A stretch of DNA of 63,415 bases, counting the filler, from Sphacelaria rigidula (taxonomy: Eukaryota): the NCBI GenBank assembly GCA_964200075.2. It is 10 parts of 10 records of this genome, joined end to end, with 100 filler letters (N's around TTAATTAATTAA, not from the genome) between each part and the next. Parts side by side here need not be neighbours in the genome. Positions count along the whole stretch, not along the records: positions 6,353 to 12,604 come from CAXNAA020021219.1; positions 12,705 to 18,956 come from CAXNAA020021220.1; positions 19,057 to 25,308 come from CAXNAA020021221.1; positions 25,409 to 31,660 come from CAXNAA020021222.1; 6 more parts are not named here. One strand, 5' to 3'. The notes beneath the pieces are model-generated. The model worked only from the letters and a program-made list of their open reading frames with translations, had not been told where the DNA came from and did not search any database. The position numbers and the translations under genes were made by a program. Of the stretch, positions 12,555-25,449 are shown one piece after another. Numbering within the stretch: position 1 is the stretch's first letter; every line of letters starts with the position of its first letter.

Positions 12555-12901
12555 ACTCAAGCGGCGACCTACCGCGCCCCCTCCCAGCCACAAACCCAAC
12601 AGACNNNNNNNNNNNNNNNNNNNNNNNNNNNNNNNNNNNNNNNNNNNNTTAATTAATTAANNNNNNNNNNNNNNNNNNNNNNNNNNNNNNNNNNNNNNNN
12701 NNNNGCCGGCCCGCGGCGGGGTCCGGCGGGGCGGGGGGGGGGGGGGGGGGGGGGGTTCTTATTTGTTGCTTGCTTGAGTCATTTCACCTTTGACCACACA
12801 TCCCGTTCGAGACGGAGCACCCTGGGGAGGGCGTGGCACACAGCGTACAGGTGATGTACGTCAAGTTGTGTTTTACGGAACATGGTCGGTACCGCGCGTC
12901 C

Positions 12902-13090
12902 TGATTGATTGATTTTTTTTCTTGATTGATTGTCGCACTTTCACTGACCCCCCAGGGATCCAGTGGTGGTCACATGATAGACGCTCCCAAGAAAAACCAA
13001 ACTGAAACACTCGCTGAAGAAAAAAAAGGAACAGAAAAAAGTCGAACAGAACGACGAAGCAGACCAAGACGTGAAAAAATAATAAGAATA
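12902..13090 (-). mobile_element. (AATC)n-tailed LINE 3' end fragment (RTE-related); further copies at 35918-36125, 45186-45350, 51184-51440
   Basis: Conserved terminus GACCAC..CTGG...GGTCAGTGAAAGTGCGACAATCAATC with variable 5' extent. Related to the 3' end of the RT-bearing LINE at 32763-33997. Confidence 0.75.
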
Positions 13091-14520
13091 AAACAGTGTA
13101 GAAGGTAATTGGTCGGCAACAGAGGTAAAGGTCCTTTGAGAAACAGAAACTGAGGGTTCGATGGAGAGGGAGGGGGGGGGGGGGGGGGGGGGGGGGGAGA
13201 GTGTTTGTGTGGGGGGGGGGAGGCCCCGCAGCAACCACCCCAANNNNNNNNNNGGGAGTCAGGGGGGGGGGGGGGGGGTATCGGGGGAGGGGGGGGGGAG
13301 GGGGGGGGGGGGGGGGGGGGGGGGGGCGGAGGGGATAAGTTTTGCTTTCGTGGCGGAGATCCACCTGCAGAAAACCCGTACAAAAACACATGTGTGGCAC
13401 CATTCGTGCTACGGGAAGAAAAAAACTCTCCCCCTCTCTCCTCCACGTCCTCTTCGCTATAATAGTCATCATCAAGAGTTCGAGCGTTCTGTTCATCTCT
13501 GAGCATATAAATAACAGCGATTTTGAAGTCTCGAGTTTGTTCGAAATTCCATGTTTGAACCTGAAACTTCAAATTCGTTTGAAATTCGTTTCATGCTTGG
13601 ACGTCAAGTAGAGGCCTTGGCTCCACGGGCTTCAGCCCAAACAACCCATTTTTATTTCTTCGAATCCAATAAGGGCATTTTGTTTTCTGAGCCTATCTCC
13701 TTCTCGGTGAACCTTCGTTTCCCCTCAAGATCGTTCCCCCCTCCGTGTAGTATATTTCTGCGGGGCCAAACCTTATTCCCTTTCATAACCATCAATATCG
13801 ACGCCCAAAATACAAGGCAGCAGTGAGAGATGTGAGCACTGCGGCAAAGTACGAAAGGCCGAGATGGCTCAAGGCGGTATACCCACCTGCCTACCTGACT
13901 ATCTGCCCACCTGCCCCATCAAACAACACACCAGTATCCAGCAGCAGGGCGGCGGCTGGTGGGTAGGTGAAAAACGTTTGAGACCGGAAACAATTTTCGA
14001 GGCCGAAATAATATGTTGGGAGGCTGGTGAAACAAAAAAATATATGCCCGGAAGTCCGATGTTCAGGGTGCCACAAACAAACAAAAGAAGAAGCCAACGA
14101 ATTCAAGGCCTAAGACCGCTTCTTATCGAAAACAAAAATAAAGATGTGGAAAACTGCCTTTTCGGACTTTATGCGTCGTTTTACGCCCCGAAGGAGGGCT
14201 AGGCGGATCTTGACACCTTGGAATGCCGTGCTCTACCCGTTCGGAGGGTTCAAGGAAACCTTTGCGTCTCCTGCGTCCTCAGTTTTTTTGTTGAAACAAA
14301 AGTGCGATTTTATCGGAGACCGCTCATCTTTCTCGGAGACCGGATAGTGATAGTGATAGTCACAATGACAATGGCAATGTCAATGTCAATCGTAATGGTA
14401 GCGATAATGTTATGGTAATGGTAACCATAATGATAAATGATAACGAGAACAAAAACCATTGTTATTGTTTTCATGGTCGCCATTACCATAGTACTAAAAT
14501 ATCAATATAGTTATTACTTA

Positions 14521-14856
14521 TGTGTGTGTTGTCGTCCCATCTATCCTGGACGCCGGTCTACACCTTTCGGTATATGTGGGCGCATCAGCCGGGGCCGCAC
14601 AGGAGGAAGGTCAACACAGGAGTCCTTTCTTCTTTGGTTTTGTTTCAGTACCCCACCTTCCTTCTGCCGTGTTTGCCTTTATTTTTTATCACGAGAGGGG
14701 TTCAGCAGTCCCCTTCCTTCGTCGACCGTGCAGTCGAATAATGTGTACCCACGAAATAGTCGCTCTCCACTGTTGGGCATGGGAAAAAATCCCAGATCGC
14801 TCCGAGATTCGAACCCACAACCCAGCCGTCAGAAGGTTTCGAGGTTACCAACTGAG
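14521..14856 (-). mobile_element. tRNA-derived SINE, family 1
   Basis: Reverse complement of 5594-5986, with CTCAGTTGGTAA, B box GGTTCGAATCT and (CA)n tail. Confidence 0.88.
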
Positions 14857-16559
14857 TCTGGTATCATTCAAAATACACACTCGTACTAAATATAACCATA
14901 CGGTACCGTAACAGAGAGGCACCTACTGTAAGTAGTAGAGGGAACGCCAGTTCACGACCGTAGTACCCATCACCGAAAATATTTAAGCAACAAGTGAGTT
15001 GGCAAGAAGATCATTCGGACCGTTCGCCGTTTTGTTCTTAGATCTCACTCTCCCCACTTCATGTCCGAATTACATGACTTCTACATGAAGAGAAATCTCT
15101 CCCTATCTTGTTGCGTTGCTGCGCACCAGGTTCGGATAATTCAAGCCTCGATCGCCCTGCGCGAAGAAGCAGCAGACACACGGGCGTCAACAGCAGCGTC
15201 AACTGGAACCACTTCCTAGTTGGCTGATGCGGTCCAGGAGCCTCCACACGCGTGCGCCGCCCCCACCGCGACCTCTTTCCCCAGGCCATTTCCTGGCGTG
15301 CAAGCGGCACAAACACTTGGAGCGATCAGTCTAGGCTCGACGATTTGGGGCACACTAGCAGTACAATCACAATACAGGCCGTATATATAATATATACTGC
15401 AATATACATAGTACAACAGTGCGGTCGGTACAAGTAAGTACGGTATATGTGCCGAATATTCGGCAGTATCCACCGTCACAGTATTTGTTTTCGGCCTGCC
15501 TCCCCCCTCCCCCCCTCCCGCATGTCTTATCTTCATGTTTCGTACATTTGCTTCTTTGAACAGCTTATTCTTCTTTTCCTCAAGTTTTGGCATTTTATGA
15601 ACCTCGTTTTTCAGTTCCCTCGGCGTATATTACTTGCCTTTATATCTTCCACTTGAAGAAAAGAAAAAATGTTTTCCTTCTTTTCCTCGAATCTCTTTCA
15701 GCGATTGTTCTTGCTTTGTTTGGCCTTGGGTCGTACGTACGGTACGTCCATCCTTCACACTCTGGGCAATACGTTACACTGTCCAAAAGTGTACCGCGTA
15801 CAGTACGGGATCTACTGCTCTACTGCAGTGAACGCAACAGTCTATACTGTACGCAGTACACTCTTTGACAGTGTAATATTAGGGCGTTATCCAGGGCGTG
15901 CTATCTTGTGGCCACAGCCAGATTCGTCGGGGATCACTTCATCTGCTAGTGAAGGGTGTGTGTGTGTCGGCACGTGATGCAAGAAACCCGACTCCAATCG
16001 TCCGTATTTGTCTGCGTGGGTGAGGTGTGGGTTGTGAGGGTGTGGACTATGACGTGCCATCTACGAGCACAGCTGCGTGAACACGCACAAGTACAAACAA
16101 GAAGAATCAGGGCTGTCCATATCAAAGAAACGTACAAGCAGTGAAGCTGGGGTTCTGCAGGAATAGAATTGCTGGGGGGCGGGAGGCTACGACAAAACCG
16201 TTGAGGCGAAGGTGAGGAACACGATGAAAGGTGCATGATGGAGGGTTCCGAAGCAGACCCGGCCGGGGCATCAGATGGGGAAATGCCGAAAAGTAGTGGG
16301 TGATTTATTCAAAACCAATCAATATATACGTACGATGCTAAGCCTAACCTCAGCCGTACAAAATGTGATGTCGTCATAGTGAGGGGATCTCTGCGCCAAT
16401 CATGTGCACCGTTAGTTCTTGGGGTTGAAACATAATACCATTCAACATCTTTTGTTCAACGTTCTCTGGAACTGGTACACAATGCAAAGCGGTGAATGGC
16501 AACATCGTGCATCATATTCTTGCGAAGACTCCTGACCTAGATGGCGAATCGGACAGCGG

Positions 16560-17160
16560 CGGGCTCTGACACCTCTCAATTGGGTGATGCAAAGTGTCCA
16601 GGACAGACATGTGCGGCGGACGATGCTTCCTGTTTTGGGATCGAAAACGCTTCCGATACCTGTAGAAACTAAAAAGGCCCGACAGAAAAAAAAAAATTCC
16701 TTGGATGGAGAAGATTCGACTTTTAGACTGTTTCTTACGGTTGGTGTTTTGGGTAGGAGGTAAATATTTTTCAGTTTTGGGATATTGGACACGGTTTTTG
16801 GCCCCCGAACAGAGAGTATCGCCGTCACATACGTTGGACACTTTGTATCCCCTCACTGAGAGGAGTCTAGCCCACGTTTTCGATCCGCTTGACTCAGACG
16901 TATCGGGAATGACCCACACACAAAAGCCAGCTGGACACGAAAAAATACGGTGTCTGCAGGAAGCTGTAGTGATGGCTTCGGTTGTCCACATCGTGCTCAC
17001 ATTTTCCCATGACCAGCTGGATTTTTGTTGAGAGGCCATTGTCGACACCTCGGAGCCAAGCGAATCGGAAGTGTGGGGTAGGGTCCTCTCGGTGGGGTGA
17101 TGCAAAGTATCCAAGATATGTGATGGCGATATTTCGATTCCTGTTGAGGGGTGAAAAACT
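16560..17160. repeat. Modular repeat region: ~100-bp unit in direct (16565, 17042) and inverted (~16790-16900) orientation
   Basis: GACACCTC...GGGTGATGCAAAGT(G/A)TCCA motif repeated. Probably subterminal repeats of a decayed DNA element. Confidence 0.5.
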
Positions 17161-17305
17161 GGATTAAATTGCCGAAACCGAAAAATCCCCCCTCCCCCTC
17201 GAAAAAAATCCGGAAAAAACGGTGTAGCATCCCACTGACAGGGATATGGAAGATATTCGCTCAGAGTTTCTTTTTCCAAAAGTCCCATCGACCCACATGC
17301 CGTTT

Positions 17306-18158
17306 TGTGTGTTTGTCATCCTATTTATTCTGGACGTCAGTCGACACCCCTTGGTATATGTGGGCGCGTCAGCCGGGATTGGGCCGCTTCTGATAGACTG
17401 AAAAAAAATCTCGCCGAGAACTACCCTTTTGAACCTTTCATCCCGAATTATTGGCGGGATACGGGCCTTGGCGGATTTGGCCTCCTCGGAGATGTTTGCT
17501 ATATTTTTCATGAGGATTCCAGCGCGCTTGTCCGATCTTTCGTACTCCCAGTTTTAGTCTTGATCGGATTCTGGATTTTTTCAGTCGCCGCGAAAATCGT
17601 CCAGTTGTCGGGAAAAAGTACGTGTTTCCCCCCGACAACTGGAAGTGTTTTTAGGATGTCTGAAAAAATCCAGAATCCAGCCAAGAGTAAAACTGGGAGT
17701 ACGAAAGATCGGACAAGCGCCCTGGAATCCTCGTGAAAAATGTCCCAAGTCTTTCCGAGGAAGCCAAATCCGCCAAGGCCCGTATTCCGCCACTAATCCG
17801 TGATGCAAGGTTCAAAAGCGCAATTCTCGGAGAGATTTGTTTTAGTCCATAAGAAGCGGCCTTACACAGGAGGATGACGATCAACCCAGGACTTAATTAC
17901 ATATTTTTATATTTTTCACTGGTCAAATTTCCTCCTGCGGTGCTTTCCTTGCTTTCAATCGCGGAGAGGGTTCAGCGGTATCTTTCCCTCGTCGGCCTTG
18001 AGGTCGAGTTTTTGTGTACCCACGACGTCCTCGCTCTCCACTGTTGGGAATGATGTGAGAAAAAAATCCCAGATCGTGGGGTTTCATGGAGATTCGGATT
18101 CACGTCCCAATCGTTCAAAAGTTTCGAGGTTACTCATTGAGCCACAGGGGTCACCGCC
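17306..18158 (-). mobile_element. Diverged SINE family 1 copy interrupted by a MITE
   Basis: SINE 3' end at 17306-17378 resumes at 17862 (CACAGGAGG) and runs to the tRNA-like head at ~18090-18158. Confidence 0.8.
17382..17861. mobile_element. PIF/Harbinger (Tourist)-like foldback MITE, 480 bp
   Basis: TTG|GGCCGCTTCT ... AGAAGCGGCC|TTA. Whole-length imperfect palindrome with a 3-bp TNA-type duplication. Confidence 0.85.
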
Positions 18159-18260
18159 ATGTGTACCCGCCATGACTTCAGCCACAGCCGTCAGCAACAC
18201 TGTCAGGTCTTGTTCGGCTCCTTATTATCTTGATGCCCGATTCAAGCTGTACCACCTTCA

Positions 18261-18735
18261 GGCCGCTTCTTATAGACTGAAAAAAAATCCCTCTCAGAAC
18301 TGCGCTTTTGAACCTTTCATCACGGACTATTGGCGGAATACGGGCCTTGACGGATTTGGCTTCGCAAGATTTTGCAATATTTTTCACGAGGATTCCAGGG
18401 CGCTTGTCCGATCTTTCGTACTCCCAGTTTACTCTTGGCCGGATTCCGGATTTTTTCAGACACCCTAAAAACACTTCCAGTTGTCGGGGGAAAACACGTA
18501 CTTTTTCCCGACAACTGGACGATTTTCGCGGCGACTGAAAAAATCCAGAATCCGATCAAGACTAAAACTGGGAGTACGAAAGATCGGACAAGCGCGCTGG
18601 AATCCTCGTGAAAAAAATAGCAAACATCTCCGAGGAGGCCAAATCCGCCAAGGCCCGTATCCCGCCAATAATCCGCGATGAAAGGTTCAAAAGGGCAGTT
18701 CTCAGAGATTTTTTTTCAGTCTGTAAGAAGCCGCC
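18261..18735. mobile_element. Second copy of the same Harbinger-like MITE, opposite orientation
   Basis: TCA|GGCCGCTTCT ... AGAAGCCGCC|TCG. The asymmetric centre is reverse-complemented relative to 17382-17861. Confidence 0.85.
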
Positions 18736-19614
18736 TCGCAGGTTTGTATTTTTTCATTCGCAAAACGAGCCTGATGGCTTCTCAACAGAAATGGCGGTGA
18801 ATGCGGGGTTGCGGGCGCCTCATATACTGTGCAAGTACAAGTAAGTACACGTGCACGTACGAGCACTCGCACCTTTGGTTCTCGTTCGTGCTACGAGTGC
18901 TGGTAAATATAGAGTAGTCAGCGTCAGAAGTTTTGAGAATTCGTAGTCGTCCTTTTNNNNNNNNNNNNNNNNNNNNNNNNNNNNNNNNNNNNNNNNNNNN
19001 TTAATTAATTAANNNNNNNNNNNNNNNNNNNNNNNNNNNNNNNNNNNNNNNNNNNNCCCCCAAAAACCATGCCCTGGGTGGGGGGGGGGGGGGGGGGGGG
19101 GCTATCGTAGTAAGTGTCCTGGATCATGCATATTTTGTCCGCAAGTGAAATTGATTCCGATTCAACGAGTGACCTACAAACTCTCGCCGACTAAGTGTTG
19201 ATGTGCGAAAATCAGTCCACGTGGTATGCGAACATCGTCCATTTTTCCGTGTGCGATGGGGGAGAGGTTCGCTCCGTTTCTTCAGGGAGGCAGGCTCCTT
19301 CCCTGCAATTACTGTACACCTTGTTCCATAGTGAGTCTAGCATGCACAAAAATAGTCATGCTGTTTTTTTTTTTGCAGTCAACGTACATGTGCACTTAAC
19401 TGCACTGGCTACACTGTGGGTAGTGCATTGGCCGTTCGTGTGCGGTACAGCTGGGATCGATACTACAGTCAGCTTCGGCTGATTTCGGCGCCACACGTTT
19501 CTTTACACCCTGGATAATGACAATATATTACAATGTCGAAAAGCATACTGTATATAGAGTATAGAGTATCGACCATTGCGCATATTGCGATATACAAAAT
19601 ATTCCATACTATAC

Positions 19615-19851
19615 GCAAAATTCGACTTCATGGTCAACGAGGGAAATGGACTGCTGAACCCCTCTTGCGAAAAAAATAAAGGCACGCACCGCAGAGTAAG
19701 ATGGAGTATCAATACAAAAAAAAGAAAAATGAAGATGAAACTCCTGTGTTGACCTTCTTCCTGTGTGACCCCGGCTGGTGCGCCCATATATACGAAAGGT
19801 ATAGCCCGGCGTCCGGAATAGATGCGACGACAACACAAACACACACACACA
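19615..19851 (+). mobile_element. 5'-truncated SINE family 1 copy
   Basis: Aligns to 5748-5986 from CAAAATTCGACT to the (CA)n tail; no tRNA head. Confidence 0.85.
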
Positions 19852-20515
19852 TATGCAGTGCATTTTTGACGACTTAATCTTTTGTCCAGGGTGTGGGATT
19901 GTTCGAAGTCCATCATGATCCACCTCCCCCCACCCCTTGCTTTCGCTCGCCTCTGCTGGGCGGGGGGTACATGATCTTGCATGCCATAGTCATGTGACAA
20001 TTGATCTCGCGTTTCGTACATGTAGTCCACCAGCGACAACGAGAACAAACAACAGGTTCCTTTTTTCGTGTCGTTACATGCTTGCGCTGTGACTGTTGTT
20101 GCGTTCGTTTTGGAAAATGACAATACATTGTTCGCGTCTTGGTCAAGGCGCACTGAAAATCAAAGATGGTGTCCCGACCTCAGCGTCCGTACGTGCACAC
20201 CTCCTCTGTTTTTTTGTGATTTTTTTTTTTTTTTGCGGAGTTTTTCTTGGTCATGTCCGGACTATTTTCTTTCTTTTCTATGAAAATAAGAACTAATGCC
20301 GTTCGGTTTACCGTCTAGTAGAACTACTGTCAACGAAGTTTGGTAGGTAGAACCTCCAAGTTTTTGTCTCACCGGTCCTAAAAGCGATTTTTCTTCTCTT
20401 TGTTTCACTGTTTCTGTCGACACGCCTCACCACCCCACCCCTGCCACCCCGTCCCCCACAATCCATTACGACGCGTACGTCAACAAAATACGACAACAAA
20501 AATCAACAATCCCAG

Positions 20516-20645
20516 CTGTCACATCTTGACGTGCAACATCTCCTTCGAGTACGAGAAGACGGAGGTGCAGTCGGGCTTCTTCTATTCCACCGCGGCGGAG
20601 CGGGAGAAGCTGGTGGAAAGCGAGCGCAAATTCACGGACGAGAAG
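20516..20645 (+). CDS. CCT6: T-complex protein 1 subunit zeta, exon
   Basis: AG/GT bounded; [43 protein letters not shown] is diagnostic of CCT6. Confidence 0.96.
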
Positions 20646-21029
20646 GTGACGTCCACGGCGGTTTTTTGTGTGTCGTGTGGTGACGGCAGGCATCGATGGC
20701 CTCTTGCTCGTGTCTGTGTCGTGTTATGCTGTGCTGTGCTGTGCTGTGCTGTGCTGTATAGAGCATGCTCCCCCCCCCCCACCACCACCACCCCAACCCC
20801 TCCCGACTTCGGGCGAAAACCCGGCATGCTTTGTCCCGGCTTTGTAGAGACGGACCCCCTGTGAGGTTGGCGTCGATTGGTGATGACGCTGTAGAATTCG
20901 CCTCTCACTGCGTGAGCTAGGCAACCAGGTTACCGACTTTTTCCATGCTTGCGTTTATTTCGCGGTAAGCATGATGGTGGCCGAGCTAGATCATTTTGTG
21001 TGGGATAGGAGAACCTCGATTCCGCGCAG

Positions 21030-21510
21030 AGAGGATGATCATATTGCGCAGTGTTTGAAAGGTGAAACATCCATGAGGCAGTGTGTAACCCATGGCTGTG
21101 TCTGGAAGTAGCGATACCAGAAAATAAAGCAACTTATTGGAAGCTGTCATCCAAATGCAAGGTAATCCGTACGCCTCGGACTGAAAAATCTTGGCAGGAT
21201 GCAGATCACCCTTCATGCGACTCGCCGAAAACACATCACGGCGCTTCGCGCCTGGTGGCTGATTGCGAGCCTGGTCCAGCGGAACCCAACGTGCTCCGTT
21301 CTGGCTGTGTTGAAATGCGAGGTCAACAGTTATGTGACTATGGCATGCAAGATCATGAGTACACACACCCACACACACCCACACACACCCACACTTTTGT
21401 AGGGATGCGAGCTCAATGGTCTTATAACCACGGCATGCAAGATCATTAGTATCCCACCGCCCGGGTGTTCTCATGATCATGGCTTGCATGATCATGATTA
21501 CATCCCCTCC
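21030..21510 (+). repeat. C-tract-anchored repeat, long module B plus two stacked partial copies, in a CCT6 intron
   Basis: Ends GACTATGGCATGCAAGATCATGAGTAC followed by a C/CA-rich tail. Homologous segments at 6181-6252, 19967-20012, 24795-24915, 54667-54895 and 57246-57276. Confidence 0.88.
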
Positions 21511-21646
21511 CCTCCCGCTCCCGCTCGCGTTTGAGAGCATGCTCTCCTCTTATGAAAAGCCGTGATTGGCGATTATTTGCTAACTGTGAAGCCCGGAAAA
21601 ACTATTCCCTGAATTGTGTATATTTATATCTCGTGTCCGAGAGTAG

Positions 21647-21784
21647 GTGATGCAGGTGATCGAGTTCAAGAGGAGAGTGTGCAAAGAGGGCCAGTCGTTT
21701 GTCATCATCAACCAAAAGGGGATAGACCCCCTGTCCCTCGACATGTTCGCGAAGGAGGGTATCTTCGCTCTCAGGCGGGCAAAG
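21647..21784 (+). CDS. CCT6: CCT6 exon
   Basis: [50 protein letters not shown] bounded, phase 0. Confidence 0.96.
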
Positions 21785-21840
21785 GTGTGTACGCGGTGAT
21801 CTTGATGAAAATGTGTGAGGGGAGGATGCCTGCGCGCGCG

Positions 21841-21878
<38 letters not shown>

Positions 21879-21990
21879 ATTTGTCTCCGTTCATCTTGTC
21901 GGTTGTTTTGACCATAGTTTTTGCTTGCTCGTTTCTGGTTATTTGTGGTTGCGTTTTTGCGCCTTTCAAAATATTTATTGCATTTGACAG

Positions 21991-22086
21991 AGGCGCAACA
22001 TGGAGCGGTTGACCCTGGCTTGCGGAGGAGTAGCGGTAAATAGCGCGGAGGACATTGAAGAAGAGATGCTGGGCTGGGCTGGGCTG
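21991..22086 (+). CDS. CCT6: CCT6 exon
   Basis: [40 protein letters not shown]. Confidence 0.96.
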
Positions 22087-22938
22087 GTAAGATGATCCGG
22101 GGGAGAAAAAAAACGTTGGGGGGGGGGGGTGCAATCAAACGTCAGTTTGATGGGTTTGCCGTCACGACCCTGCCAGAGGGCCAGGGGTAACAGATAGGAN
22201 NNNNNNNNNGAGCGGAGGAGAGGGGAGGAGGCGTGGGTGGGGGGGGGGGGGGGGATAGGCGCAGCAGGACGGAAAAAGAGGGGGGGGGGGGGGGGGGTGC
22301 AATCAAACGTCAGTTTGATGGGTTTGCCGTCACGACACTGCCAGAGAGCCATGTGTACAGGTGAATGTTTCGAGTTCTTGCAGTTGTAGCGAAGTGGGTT
22401 TGTCCGTTGTCTTCTCTCGCTTTGTTACTGCTTTCCACAACGTTCGATTTCATGCACAAGTTGCTTTCAATCTCACCCTATTCCAAACACGAAAGTCGAA
22501 TGCAACAGTCGACGTCGTATGTGTGAACTCTACAGTAGTCATGAGTTTCTCACATGAGGTCTACTGTGATTTTGACCGTGGTTGGTCTCAATACTGCGAG
22601 ATGTGTGATTTTTTGTCCGCTCCTCTGTTTTCACTCCTCATTTACAGTGCCTCACTTCAAGGAGGAGTGTTGTTGTCCCTATGACCAAAAGTGTTGTCCG
22701 AGTTGGTGTACTCTATATGCGTACACAACACGTCTTGCCCTGGGCTTTCATACGACAAGTTAATCAATATAATCAATATATATATATATATCCGCATCCT
22801 TGTGATCCCCCAAATCCTCTTTCTGAGTATGCCATTGTCGGAAGGGAAATGAAAAATATACTTCGTTTATGCTCATTTTGATGGTTCGGCGTGAACTGTG
22901 TCGCTTCGGCGCTTTTTCTTTCCCCCCTCTTTCACTAG

Positions 22939-23049
22939 GTCCACGAGGAAACTCTTGGAGACGAAAAGTACACGTTCGTGGAGGACGTGCGCCACCCGCG
23001 TTCGTGCACCATTCTCGTGAAGGGGCCCAACGACCACACGATCGCACAG
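22939..23049 (+). CDS. CCT6: CCT6 exon
   Basis: VHEETLGDEKYTFVEDVRHPRSCTILVKGPNDHTIAQ; AG/GT bounded. Confidence 0.96.
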
Positions 23050-23603
23050 GTGCGTCATGTTCCAGTCTTAATCGAGGGCGCCGCTCAACACCGTCGGTAA
23101 TCAACACGAAGCATGAAATTTATTGGCGCAGTTGCATACATGATTTGTATGTATATGTCCCTGTGTGATGTGACATCGGAAATTATGCCATATTACAGGC
23201 GTTGTGCCTGCTGTACGAGTAGGATTGTGGTGCGGAGCAACATTGTCCACTCTCGAACAACTTTTTTTCTCCCCTCGTCGCTTTGCTCAACTTTTCCCGA
23301 GAGTCCGTTTCCGTGGAAGAAGTTTATTTGGATCACATCAAAGTCTCTTGTAGTCTCATATCCAGCACTTGGCTGCATATATATACTGCATATATATACA
23401 TATATACATATATTGAAATGTTGAGCACCCCTCACGCTACTACACCCTAACCCACACTGTAAACGTGGGTCGTGACTCTCGCCTCACCACCAACGTGCCT
23501 CCATACACACGGGGTAAATGGCACACACATACGCACACACTGGATTATGACACATGCGCACACTCACACATCCGCTGTGTTTGTATCCCTTCGTGGAACA
23601 CAG

Positions 23604-23707
23604 ATCAAGGACGCCATCCGCGATGGGCTGCGTGCGGTAAAGAACACGATCGACGACCAAGCCGTCGTACCTGGGGGAGGGTCATTCGAGGTGGCAGCTA
23701 GCCTCAG
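23604..23707 (+). CDS. CCT6: CCT6 exon
   Basis: [34 protein letters not shown]; ends in phase 2 at GTATGT. Confidence 0.96.
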
Positions 23708-24293
23708 GTATGTATGTGTGTGCGGGCCCGTGCGTGCGCGTCGGTGGTTGTTCGATATTCGTCATTCATCCGTGTACACCGACGGCGTGCCGCCCAATCT
23801 CGAGCAATTGTCCTGAAGCTTGGCGCGTTCCATTCGACTTTTGACCCGATGATCGCGAGGGTAGTGTCCATCTGGATCATGCGCACTTTTTTCACGTGAA
23901 ATTGATACCGACTCAACAGACGACCTACTCTGGCCGCTAAAGTGTTGACGTTCTGTTCTATTTTGACTTCAAACTCTATACGCAATATGCGTAACCCCTA
24001 CCGTTCGATATTTCCCGGTTGTGAGGAGAAAGGATAATTATGGAGGTCGTGTTCGACCACAAGAAATGGTTCGCGGGTACTTACACGCCGCGCGCCGTAT
24101 ATCTTGTACTCTGAAGTATGTGCTGTCAGAATATGCCCCACCTCCCCCTGCTGGCTCATTCTGGAACTTGCCCCCTGTGCCCAACCTTCCGTTTACCTTT
24201 GTCAACCATCGTTCCTGTGCAATATTCCGTTCACCTCTGTCAACCATCGTTCGGCTCTTGCACACTCCTGCTTCTTCCATCTCGCTCGCACAG

Positions 24294-24444
24294 TTTGCAG
24301 CAGTTCAAGTCGACAGTCAAGGGCCGCGCGAAGCTTGGTATCGAGGCGTACGCGGAGTCTATGTTGGTGGTGCCGAAGACTTTGGCAGAGAACTCAGGCT
24401 TCGATATCCAGGATTCGGTCATCAAGCTCGTGGACGAGCACGTG
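24294..24444 (+). CDS. CCT6: CCT6 exon
   Basis: (S)LQQFKSTVKGRAKLGIEAYAESMLVVPKTLAENSGFDIQDSVIKLVDEHV; phase matches, GTGAGC donor. The gene is truncated by the scaffold ends. Confidence 0.96.
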
Positions 24445-25449
24445 GTGAGCTTATGGTTGCTCGGCCGAGGTGGATAAAGTGTTGACTGAAGCAAAAGAAC
24501 ATTTCGTCGCTGCTAACAGCTTATCACCGTGTGCTGGTATTGTTCAGTGTTCGGTTCTGGAGAATGACAGTTGTCATCGGCTGTTTGGTGTGCGTTTCCA
24601 TGTCGAACTTATCGTGAACGCACGTTTTCTTGGATTATTATAATAGACGCTTGAGGAAAATGAGGGCTACCGATAGCTGACCTGCGAGTCCTGTCTAACC
24701 GATGGTATGGCGAACGAATTGAGCTTGTGTCCAATTTGCGCATGTCAGCTGCGGCATCCTACGGTTGTGCGGGGGCGGGTGGTGGTGGGGGGGGTGTACT
24801 CATGATTTTGCATGCCGTATTCACAAGGCCATTGACCTCGCATCCCTACGAAGCCAGGACGGAGCACGCGGCTTTTCGCCGGACCAGGCTCGCACTCAAT
24901 CACCAAGCGCGGAGCGCCGTTGCTTGCCATATTATAGTCATTTGGCCATTGACCACTCATTTCTTCCGAGACGGAGCACCCTTCCCATTTCGAATAGAGA
25001 CACGTCCAACATTTTGGCGCTCATATTGTTTCTTTCATGAGGGAGGGGTGACACGTTGCTCGGAACAAAGGAGTGGATGGGGTGTTATCTACAAAGGTGC
25101 CCTTTTTGATGTGCGTTTTAGTGGGGTATCGCGTGCGCTATCTGCCGTCTTGTCGCTCAATACCAACACCAAGAGTAATCTGAAAACTCCGAACGGCCTC
25201 AAGCAGCGACTCAACATGATTCTTTCGGGCAACAAGGTGGTTCCACCCTCCCCCCCACCCCCCCCCCCCCCCCCACCCACAACCCCCCGCCCCCCCCCGC
25301 CCCCCCGCNNNNNNNNNNNNNNNNNNNNNNNNNNNNNNNNNNNNNNNNNNNNTTAATTAATTAANNNNNNNNNNNNNNNNNNNNNNNNNNNNNNNNNNNN
25401 NNNNNNNNCTGTTTTGGGCTTGAGCCTCATCTCGAAGTTAAACCTCAAT

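Noticed and set aside
11940..13572. Poly-Pro/poly-Gly ORFs resembling extensins or formins; also poly-Cys/Gln/Val ORFs at 25885-26490 and 32788-33301
   Set aside because: Translations of C/G homopolymers and trinucleotide microsatellites, several spanning N gaps.
15130..15219. Isolated candidate exons (VRIIQASIALREEAAD...stop here; ARNEEEEIVALLDRP at ~48145-48220)
   Set aside because: Plausible splice sites, but no recognisable homology or in-frame partner exon.
22120..22350. Local duplications flanking 10-N gaps (also 58620-58835)
   Set aside because: Same sequence on both sides of a scaffold gap next to G homopolymers; most likely assembly overlap artefacts.
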